This document shows, in pieces, positions 18,101 through 26,777 of a stretch of DNA of 32,000 nt; positions within the stretch are counted from its first letter, which is position 1; every line of letters begins with the position of its first letter. The notes under the pieces were generated by a model that saw nothing but the letters and a program-made list of their open reading frames with translations, ran no database searches and had not been told where the DNA came from. The translations under genes and the position numbers were made by a program. This DNA comes from Desulfocapsa sulfexigens DSM 10523 (GTDB lineage: Bacteria > Desulfobacterota > Desulfobulbia > Desulfobulbales > Desulfocapsaceae): the NCBI RefSeq assembly GCF_000341395.1, contig NC_020304.1:1830001-1862000 (forward strand), written 5' to 3'.

Positions 18101-19114
18101 ATGAGTGATGTGACGCTTCCCTCTTATATTCAATTTTTGCAGCAGGAAAACAGTTATACGCACGCAGCAGCTGATATCCGACTGGTGCAGACCCATATCT
18201 CTTTTGTTCTCCTTGCAGGAGATTTTGTCTATAAGTGGAAAAAGCCTGTTGATTTTGGTTTCCTGGATTTTTCCACCCTTGAGAAACGGAAGTACTATTG
18301 TCAACAGGAGTTGCTGTTAAACAGAAGGCTCTGTCCCGATCTCTATGAGGCATTGGTTACTGTTAACAGGGACGGGGACGGTTTTTGTCTGAATGGCAGT
18401 GGTGAGGTTGTAGAATATGGCATCAGAATGGCTCGAATGCCTGAAGAGCAAATGATGGGACGGGTAATGGCAAGAGGTGAGTTGACCAGGGCCCATCTTG
18501 ACGATATTATCAATCGGTTGGTTCCTTTTTATGAGGCAGCAGCGGGAGACGGAGAGGTTAAGCAATTTGGAAAAGCAGATGCTGTTGCAGTGAATGTCCT
18601 TGAGAATTTTGATCAAACCGAGGATTTTGTGGATAAGGGAGCCCTAACCAGAGCCCAGTTTGATACGATTGTAAGTTATTCTAAGGAATTCTTGACCCAT
18701 GAAGATCGCTTTCAGGCACGGATAGATGCTGGCAGGATCAGGGACTGTCATGGGGATCTGCATTCAGCAAACATTTGTCTTTCGGATCCTGTTTACATTT
18801 TTGATTGCATTGAGTTTAACGAGCGCTTTCGTTACACCGATGTAGCAGCTGATGTTGCCTTTCTGGCCATGGATCTGGATTTTCATGGAGCTGCTGAGTT
18901 TTCAAATTATTTTATCGAACAATTTGTGGAAAAATCAGGGGATTCGGACCTTATGGGGATGCTAAATTTTTATAAGTGTTATCGAACCTATGTGCGTGCA
19001 AAAATTGCCCTGTTTACAGCGAGTGACCCGGCGGTGGATGCAGAAGCAAGGACTGCACTGATAGAGCAGGCAAGAAAACACTTCCTTCTGGCAGAACAGT
19101 ATGCCACAGCCTGA
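18101..19114 (+). CDS. aminoglycoside-phosphotransferase (APH)/protein-kinase-like fold protein
   Basis: Kinase catalytic loop CHGDLHSANI and downstream FDCIEFN...D are present. AAGGAG lies upstream of the ATG. Confidence 0.75.
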   Translation: MSDVTLPSYIQFLQQENSYTHAAADIRLVQTHISFVLLAGDFVYKWKKPVDFGFLDFSTLEKRKYYCQQELLLNRRLCPDLYEALVTVNRDGDGFCLNGSGEVVEYGIRMARMPEEQMMGRVMARGELTRAHLDDIINRLVPFYEAAAGDGEVKQFGKADAVAVNVLENFDQTEDFVDKGALTRAQFDTIVSYSKEFLTHEDRFQARIDAGRIRDCHGDLHSANICLSDPVYIFDCIEFNERFRYTDVAADVAFLAMDLDFHGAAEFSNYFIEQFVEKSGDSDLMGMLNFYKCYRTYVRAKIALFTASDPAVDAEARTALIEQARKHFLLAEQYATA

Positions 19115-19664
19115 GAACGTTCTGGTCGTTTTTTTTGGAATGATCGCCACCGGAAAAAGCTATCTTGCCTCCACCTGGGCACGCCAGCATGACCTGCCTT
19201 ATTATAATTCGGATAGAGTTCGCAAGGAGCTGGCGGGGCTGTCTCCCACGGTCGAACAACCTGAAAAGATGGGGCAGGGAATTTACACACCTGCGTTCAG
19301 CAGACGTACCTATGATGCCTTGATCGAACGAGCTGCGCAGCATTTTGATACTGATAAACAGGCCTGTGTTGTACTTGACGGATCCTATCAATCTCTGGAA
19401 GAACGGGATCTGTTGCGAAAACGTTTTGCAAATCAGGCGCGACTGGTTTTTGTCCACTGTTTTTGCGCGGAAAATGTGATACGGAAGCGTTTGGAAATAC
19501 GTGCTTCAGATCCTGATGCTGTATCAGATGGAAGCTGGGAGATATATCTTTCCCAGAAAAAACGCTTTCAGCCTGTGACGGAAGCGGAACAGGTAATCGA
19601 ACTGGACACTGATGCCCCCATAGAGGATCTGGTGAGGAAAGTAACAACTGAGATAAGTTTCTAA
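19101..19664 (+). CDS. P-loop kinase-like ATPase (AAA_33/gluconokinase-like)
   Basis: Walker A motif GMIATGKS lies near the N-terminus. The product is 187 aa. Its start overlaps the previous gene by 14 nt. Confidence 0.75.
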   Translation: MPQPENVLVVFFGMIATGKSYLASTWARQHDLPYYNSDRVRKELAGLSPTVEQPEKMGQGIYTPAFSRRTYDALIERAAQHFDTDKQACVVLDGSYQSLEERDLLRKRFANQARLVFVHCFCAENVIRKRLEIRASDPDAVSDGSWEIYLSQKKRFQPVTEAEQVIELDTDAPIEDLVRKVTTEISF

Positions 19665-19697
19665 GGAAATCCTTGGATGATTAGATAGAGGTGCAAA

Positions 19698-20147
19698 ATG
19701 ACAACAAAGATTTATGTATTACGTTTTCCTAAGGAAACCAGCAACGAGCCCATTATATACCAGCTGGTAAAACAGTATGACGTTGAATTTAATATTTTAA
19801 AGGCAGATATTCTTCCCCAGCGTGAGGGGGTGATGATTCTTGAGCTGAAGGGAACACGGGAGAAAGTTAAAAACGGTTTGGATTATCTAAAGTCTTTTGG
19901 GGTGCAGGCAGAGCGTCTTGCGGCAGCCATAAAGAGAGATGATGATAAATGTTTCCAGTGTGGCGCCTGCACAGGTATCTGTCCCGTAGGAGCATTGTAT
20001 ATTAAACGGCCTTCCATGGAAGTTATATTTGATGCTGATAAGTGTACGGGCTGTTCGCTCTGTGTTCCAATCTGTCCTGTGAGAGCAATGGAAGTGTCGC
20101 CTCTTTCAGAGGCCTTTGTCGAGGCAGAGGAGAAAATTGTTACCTGA
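19698..20147 (+). CDS. NIL-domain protein fused to 2x[4Fe-4S] ferredoxin
   Basis: N-terminal NIL-type domain (EPIIYQLVKQYDVEFNILKADI...GVMILEL) plus two CxxCxxCxxxCP motifs (CFQCGACTGICP, CTGCSLCVPICP). Confidence 0.8.
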   Translation: MTTKIYVLRFPKETSNEPIIYQLVKQYDVEFNILKADILPQREGVMILELKGTREKVKNGLDYLKSFGVQAERLAAAIKRDDDKCFQCGACTGICPVGALYIKRPSMEVIFDADKCTGCSLCVPICPVRAMEVSPLSEAFVEAEEKIVT

Positions 20148-20159
20148 TACTAGCGACAA

Positions 20160-20651
20160 GTGAAGGTGAAAGTATGGGTCGATGCGGATGCCTGCCCTGT
20201 GGTCATCAAGGAGATTTTATTTAAAGCGGCCGAACGGACCGGAGTCCAGATCACCTTTGTTGCAAATCAGCTGGTTCGGGTGCCCGTTTCTTCCTGTATT
20301 ACATTTGTGCAGGTAGGGGCAGGCCCGGATGTTGCTGATAAGGAAATAGTTAAGAGGCTGGATCCGGGTGATCTTGTGATTACCGCGGATATTCCCCTTG
20401 CGGCAGATGTTATCGAAAAAGGGGGCCACGCTTTGAATCCTCGCGGTGAATTGTATAGTATTGATACTATAGGATCGCGGCTTAGTATGAGAAATTTTAT
20501 GGACACTCTCCGGGCCGATGGTATTGACACGGGGGGGCCACCGGCATTGGATAAGGGAGATCGGCAGGCTTTTGCCAACCAACTGGACAGGTTTTTAGCC
20601 AAGTTTTCCATAAAATCAACGCGTCGTAAACACAGTCCGCCTCCATGGTAG
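20160..20651 (+). CDS. yaiI: YaiI/YqxD family protein (UPF0178/DUF188)
   Basis: The N-terminal [14 protein letters not shown] block is typical of the family. The product is 163 aa with a GTG start. Confidence 0.8.
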   Translation: MKVKVWVDADACPVVIKEILFKAAERTGVQITFVANQLVRVPVSSCITFVQVGAGPDVADKEIVKRLDPGDLVITADIPLAADVIEKGGHALNPRGELYSIDTIGSRLSMRNFMDTLRADGIDTGGPPALDKGDRQAFANQLDRFLAKFSIKSTRRKHSPPPW

Positions 20652-20690
20652 TTCAGTATGGTGGTATCTTAAAAGAGCATAAAAACAGAT

Positions 20691-21410
20691 GTGAGTTACT
20701 TGAATACAATAAAGAAATTCAAAAGCCCGCCTGAACGATTTCAGCCCAAAGGACTGCCTATTCTCTATGAAGATCATGACATTCTGGTTGTGGATAAAAA
20801 ACACGGTCTGCTTACCATAAGTGACGGAAAAGACACCGAAAATACAGCCTATTTCAAGCTTACAGACTACGTCAGGAGGGGGAATAAAAAGTCAAATAAC
20901 CGGGTATTTATTGTCCACCGTCTGGATAAGGACACCTCTGGTGTGATTGTGTTTGCTAAGAATGAAAAGGCAAAACGTTTTCTTCAGGAGCAGTGGCAAA
21001 CATTTTCAAAAACCTATTGTGCAGTGGTCAAAGGAATACTCTCAGAGAAAGAGGGAGTTATTACGTCATATCTTGCCGAGAACAGTATCCATAAGATGTA
21101 TTCAGTGAAAGACCCGGAAAAAGGGAAACTCGCAAGGACTGGGTATAAAGTCATGAAAGAATCAGCACAGTACAGTCTTCTTGAGGTCGATTTACTGACC
21201 GGGCGAAAAAATCAAATCCGTGTCCATTTTGCTGAAAAGGGGCATCCCGTAGCCGGTGATAAAAAATATGGCGAAAAAGACAAAAACATTAAACGATTAG
21301 CCCTTCACGCAGCCTCTCTTACATTGGTGCATCCCTTTTCAAATATCGAAATGACCTTTGAAGCGAAGGTTCCTGGTTATTTTTATTCTCTGGTTTCTTC
21401 TCGTGGATAA
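20691..21410 (+). CDS. RluA-family pseudouridine synthase
   Basis: The catalytic motif [15 protein letters not shown] and GRKNQIRVH are present. There is no S4 domain. The product is 239 aa. Confidence 0.9.
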   Translation: MSYLNTIKKFKSPPERFQPKGLPILYEDHDILVVDKKHGLLTISDGKDTENTAYFKLTDYVRRGNKKSNNRVFIVHRLDKDTSGVIVFAKNEKAKRFLQEQWQTFSKTYCAVVKGILSEKEGVITSYLAENSIHKMYSVKDPEKGKLARTGYKVMKESAQYSLLEVDLLTGRKNQIRVHFAEKGHPVAGDKKYGEKDKNIKRLALHAASLTLVHPFSNIEMTFEAKVPGYFYSLVSSRG

Positions 21411-21645
21411 GCAACAGCCTAATAACCCTCTGCATGGGGTGACACTTGAGAAAATTGTAACCACGCTGGTTGAGTGGTATGGATGGGAGAAATTGGGAAA
21501 ATGGATACCGATCAAGTGTTTTACCAGCAATCCTTCCGTGAAGTCCAGCCTGAAGTTTCTCCGTAAGACGCCATGGGCTCGTACAAAAGTTGAAAATCTA
21601 TATCTTGTTACTTTGAGAAAAAAACAACCTGAATTCAAGTCATAA
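21403..21645 (+). CDS. VF530/DUF2132 family small DNA-binding protein
   Basis: Family core: [25 protein letters not shown]...[19 protein letters not shown]. The ORF-track start (TTG 21358) overlaps the RluA-family gene (20691-21410) by 53 nt. An in-frame GTG at 21403 gives an ~80-aa product of typical size. The start is uncertain. Confidence 0.7.
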   Translation: MDKQQPNNPLHGVTLEKIVTTLVEWYGWEKLGKWIPIKCFTSNPSVKSSLKFLRKTPWARTKVENLYLVTLRKKQPEFKS

Positions 21646-21697
21646 ATGGTAAACAAATTCTATTTCTGAACGCCAATATATCTCAAATATCTCTTGA

Positions 21698-24600
21698 CTA
21701 CGTGATCTTTTGAATTTTTATCGCACATAGTTTGTACTCCGGTGTCCTTGAAAGCCTATCCAAGGCATCCAGGGTCAGGAAATTCACCAGTGCCTCAGTG
21801 TGGTTATAGGTTGCAAAGAGAGTTCCCTCCTGAGAACGATCGGTGAGAGTTGCCTTCATTTCCACCTTTCCTCGCCGGGAGGCCAAGCGCACCATATCTC
21901 CCTCCTTAATTTTATATCGTTTTGCATCGAGCGGATTTATTTCGACTTTTGCCTCAGGACTGATGGCATCAATCTCAGGGGTTTTCCCTGTCATGGAACT
22001 AAAATTATATCGGGCAAGATCACGGCCTGTGGTAAAATATAAAGGATACTCCTCGTCTACTTTTTCAACTGGAGGAATGTATTCTTCAGGAATAAAAAGT
22101 CCCTTACCTCGCGTAAATTCCTTGGTGTGAAGAACTGGGGTGCCCGGATGATCTACATCAGGAACAGGCCATTGCAAGCCCATTTTTTCAAGGCGTTCAT
22201 AGGTGATCCCTCTGTACTGGGGAAGCATTTTCCGAATCTCTTCAAAAATATCTTTAGGAGATTCGTAGTGCATATCATAACCCATCTTGTCGGACAGATC
22301 GCAGAATATTTTCCAATCAGGCCTGGCTTCTCCGGGTGGATCCACTGCCTTACGTACACGTTGCACTCTACGTTCAGTATTGGTAAAAGTACCATCTTTT
22401 TCTGCATAACATGCTGCTGGAAAAACTACATCAGCAGCTTTAGCTGTCTCGGTAAGAAAAATATCCTGAACGATCATAAAGTCCACCACGTCCAAGGCTT
22501 TGTGGACATGGGCAATATTAGGATCAGCAATAGCCGGGTCTTCTCCAAAGATGTAAAGTCCTTTGATTTCACCGGAAAGGACATTATCCCAGACCTCAGT
22601 TGCTGGTTTTCCCGGTATCCGTGGCAGTTTGACTTTCCACTCCTCTTCATAGCGATCAAAGAGGTTGATATCTTCAAAGCTGGTATATCCTGGGAGGGTG
22701 TTAAAAAGAGCTCCCATGTCACAGGCCCCCTGCACATTGTTCTGTCCTCGCAAGGGGTTGCAGCCACCGCCTGCAACACCGACTTTTCCACAAAGCATGG
22801 CCAGGTTGGCAATACTTTTGACACGATCCGTACCAGTCACGTAATGGGTGATTCCCATCCCATGATAGATGGCATGTCTTCCTGCTGCAGCATACATCCT
22901 GGCAACGGTGTAGAGTTGTTTTATAGGCAACCCTGTGATCCCTGATACATATTCGGGATTATATTTCGTAACTACTTCTTTTAAATAATTGAAATCTTCA
23001 GTGCGTTCTTCAACAAAATATTTATCCCAGAGAGTTTCCTCAAGAATGATGTGCATCAAACCATTCAGGAAAGCTACATCTGTACCTGGCTTTATTCTCA
23101 ACCAGTGATCTGCACGTTCTGCAAGCCTGGTCCTGCGAGGATCAACAACGATAAGCTTTGCCCCTTTGTCAACGGCCTGATGGATGCGCATTCCAATGGT
23201 TGGATGTCCGGTATCAGGGTTGGAACCGATCATAAGGAAAAGGTCTGTATTCTTTGAATCCATAATTGAGTTTGTCATTGCACCACTGCCAAATGTGAGG
23301 GCCAGACTGGCCACCGTTGGAGCGTGTCAGAGCCTGGCGCAATGGTCAATATTATTTGTCCCTATCGAGGTGCGCATGAATTTTTGCATGAGGTAGTTTT
23401 CCTCATTGGTTGCCCTGGCGCAGGAGAAAGCGGCTATTGAATCTGCTCCGTACATGGCCTTGAGGTCAAAAAACCTTTTTGCTGTATACTCCAGAGCCTC
23501 ATCCCACCCTACCTCAACAAGAATGCCATTTTTGCGAATGAGTGGTTTTTTCAATCTCTCTTTGTGCTGAACAAATTCATGTGCCAAGCGACCTTTGACG
23601 CAGAGAGCACCGTAGTTAGGAGCAAGGTCTTTCTCGGAGTTGACTTCAATGATAGTGTTGCCCTTCACCCGAAGAAGCATCTGACAACCTGCGCCACAGT
23701 AAGGACAGGTTGTACGTACTTCCCTGACAGCTTCTGCTTGAATAGGAATAGTCTGAGCCTTTTTATTCAATGCACCAGTTGAACAGCTGTCAATACAAGC
23801 TCCGCAAGAGACGCAGTTGTCTTTGAAGTTGATGGTCAGTCCTGTTATCTGACCAGCGCCATCCATGGATTCGATACCGAGTTCCAGGGCATCATACTCA
23901 CAGGATCTCTCACAGCGTCTGCAATAAATACATTTATCACGATCTATAATAAAAGCGGGATGACTGTAATCCTTTCCATAGATAGGGGTGATCCCCATGC
24001 CAGTTTTGTTGATATTGATGGTATGTTCTATTAACATCTTTTTCAGGTCACAACGATCAAAGGCCGTGCAACCGCACGAAAGACAGCGATCCGCTTCACG
24101 CCTGGCCATTTTTTCTGTGAAACCCAGTTTGACTTCGTCGAAGTCCTTGTTGCAAATTTCAGGAGGTCTGGTGGGCATTCTTTCGCGGAGCGTTATTTTG
24201 ATATCGCTAAAATTCTTGAAATCAACATCGTCAAAAGTTTTGCCACGTGTAAAATTAAAACGACTGTCAGCAGGTTCTTTATCCTCTCCCATGATGTAAG
24301 CATGAATATTTGTTGCAGCACGTCGTGCAGACACCACAGCCTGAATTACCGATTTTGGCCCTGAAACGGCATCTCCTCCGGCAAATATCCCATCAATATT
24401 CGTTTGCGATGTTCTCGTGTTGGAATTAATGGTTTCACGTGGGGAAAGTTCGATAGATTCTTCAATGTCACCACCTTCGAAATTTCCAGAAACAGCGGAC
24501 TGGCCAAGAGATGCAATGATAGAATCAACCTGTAAAATGTTGCTGGTGCCGGGAATAGGCTCTGGTTCACGCTTCCCTTTTGAGTTTTGTTTGCCAAGTT

Positions 24601-25816
24601 TCATCCTGATAAGCTTCAGTTCTAAACGTGAACGTTTGTTTTCTCGCTGGATGATTTCATAGGGAGACGCCATGAGCAGGAACTGAATGCCCTCATTCTC
24701 AGCCTCTTTAATGTTTCGTTGATGAGCAGTCATTTCCAGACGGGCACGAGGGTAAACAACTGTAACTTCGTCCACATCCTGACGAAGTAGGGTTCTGGCC
24801 ACTTCCATGGCTATATTGTTGCCGCCGATAACGGCCACACGTTTTCCAATATCTGTTTTTTTGCCTTCAGCTACTTTTCTCAAGTAGTTCATAGCAGTGT
24901 AAACATGAGGCCCAATACCACCCGGGATATCAAGAGAGTTATCAATTCCTGCGCCGGAAGCTATAAATACAGCATCATATCCCTGTTCTTTGAGAGACTG
25001 GATATTAAAATCACGTCCCCATTTTTGACTCAGCTTGACTGAGATGCCTAGGCGTAAAATGGTGTTAATTTCATAATCAAGTACTTCTCTTGGAATACGA
25101 TATTCGAGGAAGCCATATCGTAAAGCACCCCCAAGTTTGGGGGCTGCTTCAAAAATAGTGACTTCATGTCCTTTACGCGTTAAAAAATATGCAGCAGTGA
25201 GACCAGCAGGCCCTCCACCGATTATCGCAACCCGCTTTCCAGTTGGTTTGTCCTTTGTAATTTTCAGGTCGATCTCATGAGTCATGCACCAGTCAGCTAC
25301 AAAACGTTTAAGGTGATTGATTGAGACAGGTTCATCCACTAGAATGCGACGGCACCTTGTCTCACAAAAACGGGGGCAAACGCGACCAACGGAAAAGGGC
25401 ATAGGATTCCGTTCCATTATCAGACGCAGGGCCTCTTCGTATTGTCCCTTAGCAACATGGGCAATATAGCCTTGGACATTAATCTGTCCCGGACAGGTGA
25501 GATTACATGGAGCCTTACAATCCCCAAAATGGGTTTTGGCCAGTTTGCTCAATAGGTGCTGACGGTGTTTTGAGAGAGCATCTGAGTGAGTGATAACCAC
25601 CATTCCTTTCTGAACAGGGGTCACACAGGATTGCATAAAGTTACTCTGTCCTTCCACTTCAACGACACAGAGGTTGCAGGGAGTATCGGATGGTTTACCA
25701 TCCACATGGCATAGAGTCGGGATTATAATTCCAATTTGTCGCGCTGCCTCTAGTACTGTGGTGTTTTGGGGAACGGAAACATATCGTGAGTCAATTGAAA
25801 TGGTTATTAGATTCAT
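21698..25816 (-). CDS. fdhA: selenocysteine-containing formate dehydrogenase alpha subunit fused to N-terminal 2Fe-2S ferredoxin, GltD-like NAD(P)H/FAD module and 4Fe-4S domains
   Basis: The two ORF-track entries (23327..25858 and 21698..23314) are in the same frame, separated only by TGA at 23327-23329. Read-through gives ...[30 protein letters not shown], the FDH active-site Sec context. The upstream part has the 2Fe-2S fold (ITISIDSRYVSVPQNTTVLEAA...LCH) and two Rossmann motifs (VAIIGGGPAGLTAAYFL, VAVIGGNNIAMEVA). It also has CxxCxxCxxxC clusters and the Mo/W-bisPGD 4Fe-4S site CPYCGAGC. The start is ATG 25816 (preferred) or TTG 25858. Confidence 0.9.
23286..23326 (-). promoter_or_regulatory. 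SECIS-like stem-loop immediately 3' of the in-frame UGA
   Basis: mRNA sequence: UGA CACGCUCCAACGGU GGCCA-GUC-UGGCC CUCACAUUUGG. The 5-bp apical stem (plus-strand 23300-23312) has a GUC loop and starts 14 nt after the UGA. CCAA/UUGG could form a lower stem. It resembles the E. coli fdhF SECIS apex (UGCA-GGUC-UGCA). Confidence 0.6.
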
Positions 25817-26077
25817 AAGATATCGTTTACTCTTGAGTGCGCTAAATTTGACAGACAAATCAAATTTTCAAATTGTTTTGTCAGGTCGGGTAGATTGACT
25901 CCATGCTCTAGCTGAGAGTCTAGTGAAAAAACAATATATATCTTCCTCGACCACATATGTCAAGATTGGCATAGTTTAAAACAAACACAATGTAAAAGGT
26001 CTATGAAAAATTTGTGATACATTGAAGATAACAATGGGCAACAGTTGTGGGCCTGTCCTAATAAAAAATAAAATCTT

Positions 26078-26419
26078 ATGAAGAAAAAATTTACTATCAA
26101 ATCAAAGGTATGGATCGAAGATCAGAATGGAAATGTGGTTTTCGGGTTGGGGAGGTATAGAATTCTTGACGCTATTAAACGACATAATTCGTTACAGGCA
26201 GCAGCCAGAGAATTAAAAATGGGTTACAGAGCGTTGTGGGGGAGAATTAAGGCATCGGAGGATAGATTAGGAGAACGATTAGTTGTAAGGGATGGGCGAG
26301 GGTCAAAACTTACGCCGTATGCAATGGACTTGATGGATCGTTTTAATGAAATGCATATTCATATTCTTGATGATTCAAATAGCTCTTTTTCAAAACTCCT
26401 AACAAAGTCTCTGAAATAA
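26078..26419 (+). CDS. ModE-N-terminal-like winged-helix regulator (no Mop domains)
   Basis: 113 aa. GRYRILDAIKRHNSLQAAARELKMGYRALWGRIKASEDRLG matches the ModE/LysR-type HTH N-domain. It is divergent from the FDH gene. Confidence 0.8.
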   Translation: MKKKFTIKSKVWIEDQNGNVVFGLGRYRILDAIKRHNSLQAAARELKMGYRALWGRIKASEDRLGERLVVRDGRGSKLTPYAMDLMDRFNEMHIHILDDSNSSFSKLLTKSLK

Positions 26420-26462
26420 GATCATGTTTTGCCTCAACACTTTTAGTTGGAACTGGATATTT

Positions 26463-26600
26463 CAAAAGGGGATGTAGTAAACGCCAGCGGGATACCGTAA
26501 TTGTAGGTAAAGCCGGGAAACGGAACTGCAGATATGCCGAGGAAGCAAGTAGCCTTTTCTCAACATCCGCTGCCAAAAAGCGGAGCGGTGTTTTTTTTAT
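26463..26600 (+). ncRNA. candidate structured RNA / riboswitch-like leader ending in an intrinsic terminator (class unassigned)
   Basis: An AAAAGG (26464-26469) / CCTTTT (26553-26558) helix encloses ~85 nt with small GNRA-like hairpins (CGG-GATA-CCG, CCG-GGAAA-CGG). Then come hairpin CCGCT (26567-26571) / AGCGG (26583-26587) and a T8 run (26591-26598). CAGCGG (26485-26490) could pair alternatively with CCGCTG (26567-26572). Confidence 0.3.
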
Positions 26601-26667
26601 GGGTTTTGTTGGCATGATTGGTCAATGTTCCAGTAGTACCAGACTCAAGGACGGGGGGAGATCCGGT

Positions 26668-26709
26668 AGGTAATTCCTATGATTGTATAGTTACATATAG
26701 GAATTACCT
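26668..26709. repeat. perfect 13-bp inverted repeat (candidate operator) abutting the -35 of the downstream operon
   Basis: AGGTAATTCCTAT (26668-26680), 16-nt spacer, ATAGGAATTACCT (26697-26709). No T-run follows, so a terminator is unlikely. Confidence 0.55.
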
Positions 26710-26711
26710 GT

Positions 26712-26740
26712 TTGACGTATAGGTAGTCGTAATATATATG
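26712..26740 (+). promoter_or_regulatory. candidate sigma70-type promoter for the dehydratase-family/activase operon
   Basis: TTGACG (26712-26717), 17-nt spacer, TATATG (26735-26740). It is consistent with a translation start at 26778 preceded by GGAGG (26768-26772). Confidence 0.35.
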
Positions 26741-26777
26741 TTCTGCTATGAAATTATACAAAAAAGTGGAGGACACT

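Noticed and set aside
22127-22945. 272-aa plus-strand ORF, with several 70-120-aa ORFs on both strands, inside the FDH gene.
   Set aside because: It is antisense or out of frame relative to a gene with unambiguous FDH motifs. There are no motifs and no plausible start context.
23314-23329. Interpreting the break between ORFs 21698-23314 and 23327-25858 as a pseudogene or as two separate genes.
   Set aside because: The ORFs share a frame and the only interruption is TGA. It sits exactly at the conserved Sec/Cys active-site position ([10 protein letters not shown]), and a SECIS-like hairpin follows. Selenocysteine recoding is the better explanation.
25850-25884. Imperfect AT-rich palindrome (TGACAGACAAAT...ATTGTTTTGTCA) at the FDH 5' end as a defined operator.
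   Set aside because: It is imperfect and AT-rich, and I could not relate it to a known ModE-type site. It may be a 5' UTR hairpin if the start is ATG 25816, but the evidence is too thin to call.
26420-26600. Moco/Wco (molybdenum/tungsten cofactor) riboswitch, suggested by the ModE-like and FDH context.
   Set aside because: I could not locate the conserved Moco-motif strands as I remember them. The region is reported only as an unassigned structured leader.
26343-26615. 90-aa minus-strand ORF spanning the ModE-like 3' end and the structured leader.
   Set aside because: It overlaps the regulator gene by 77 nt. It has no SD and an unremarkable sequence. The region is better explained by RNA structure and a plus-strand terminator.
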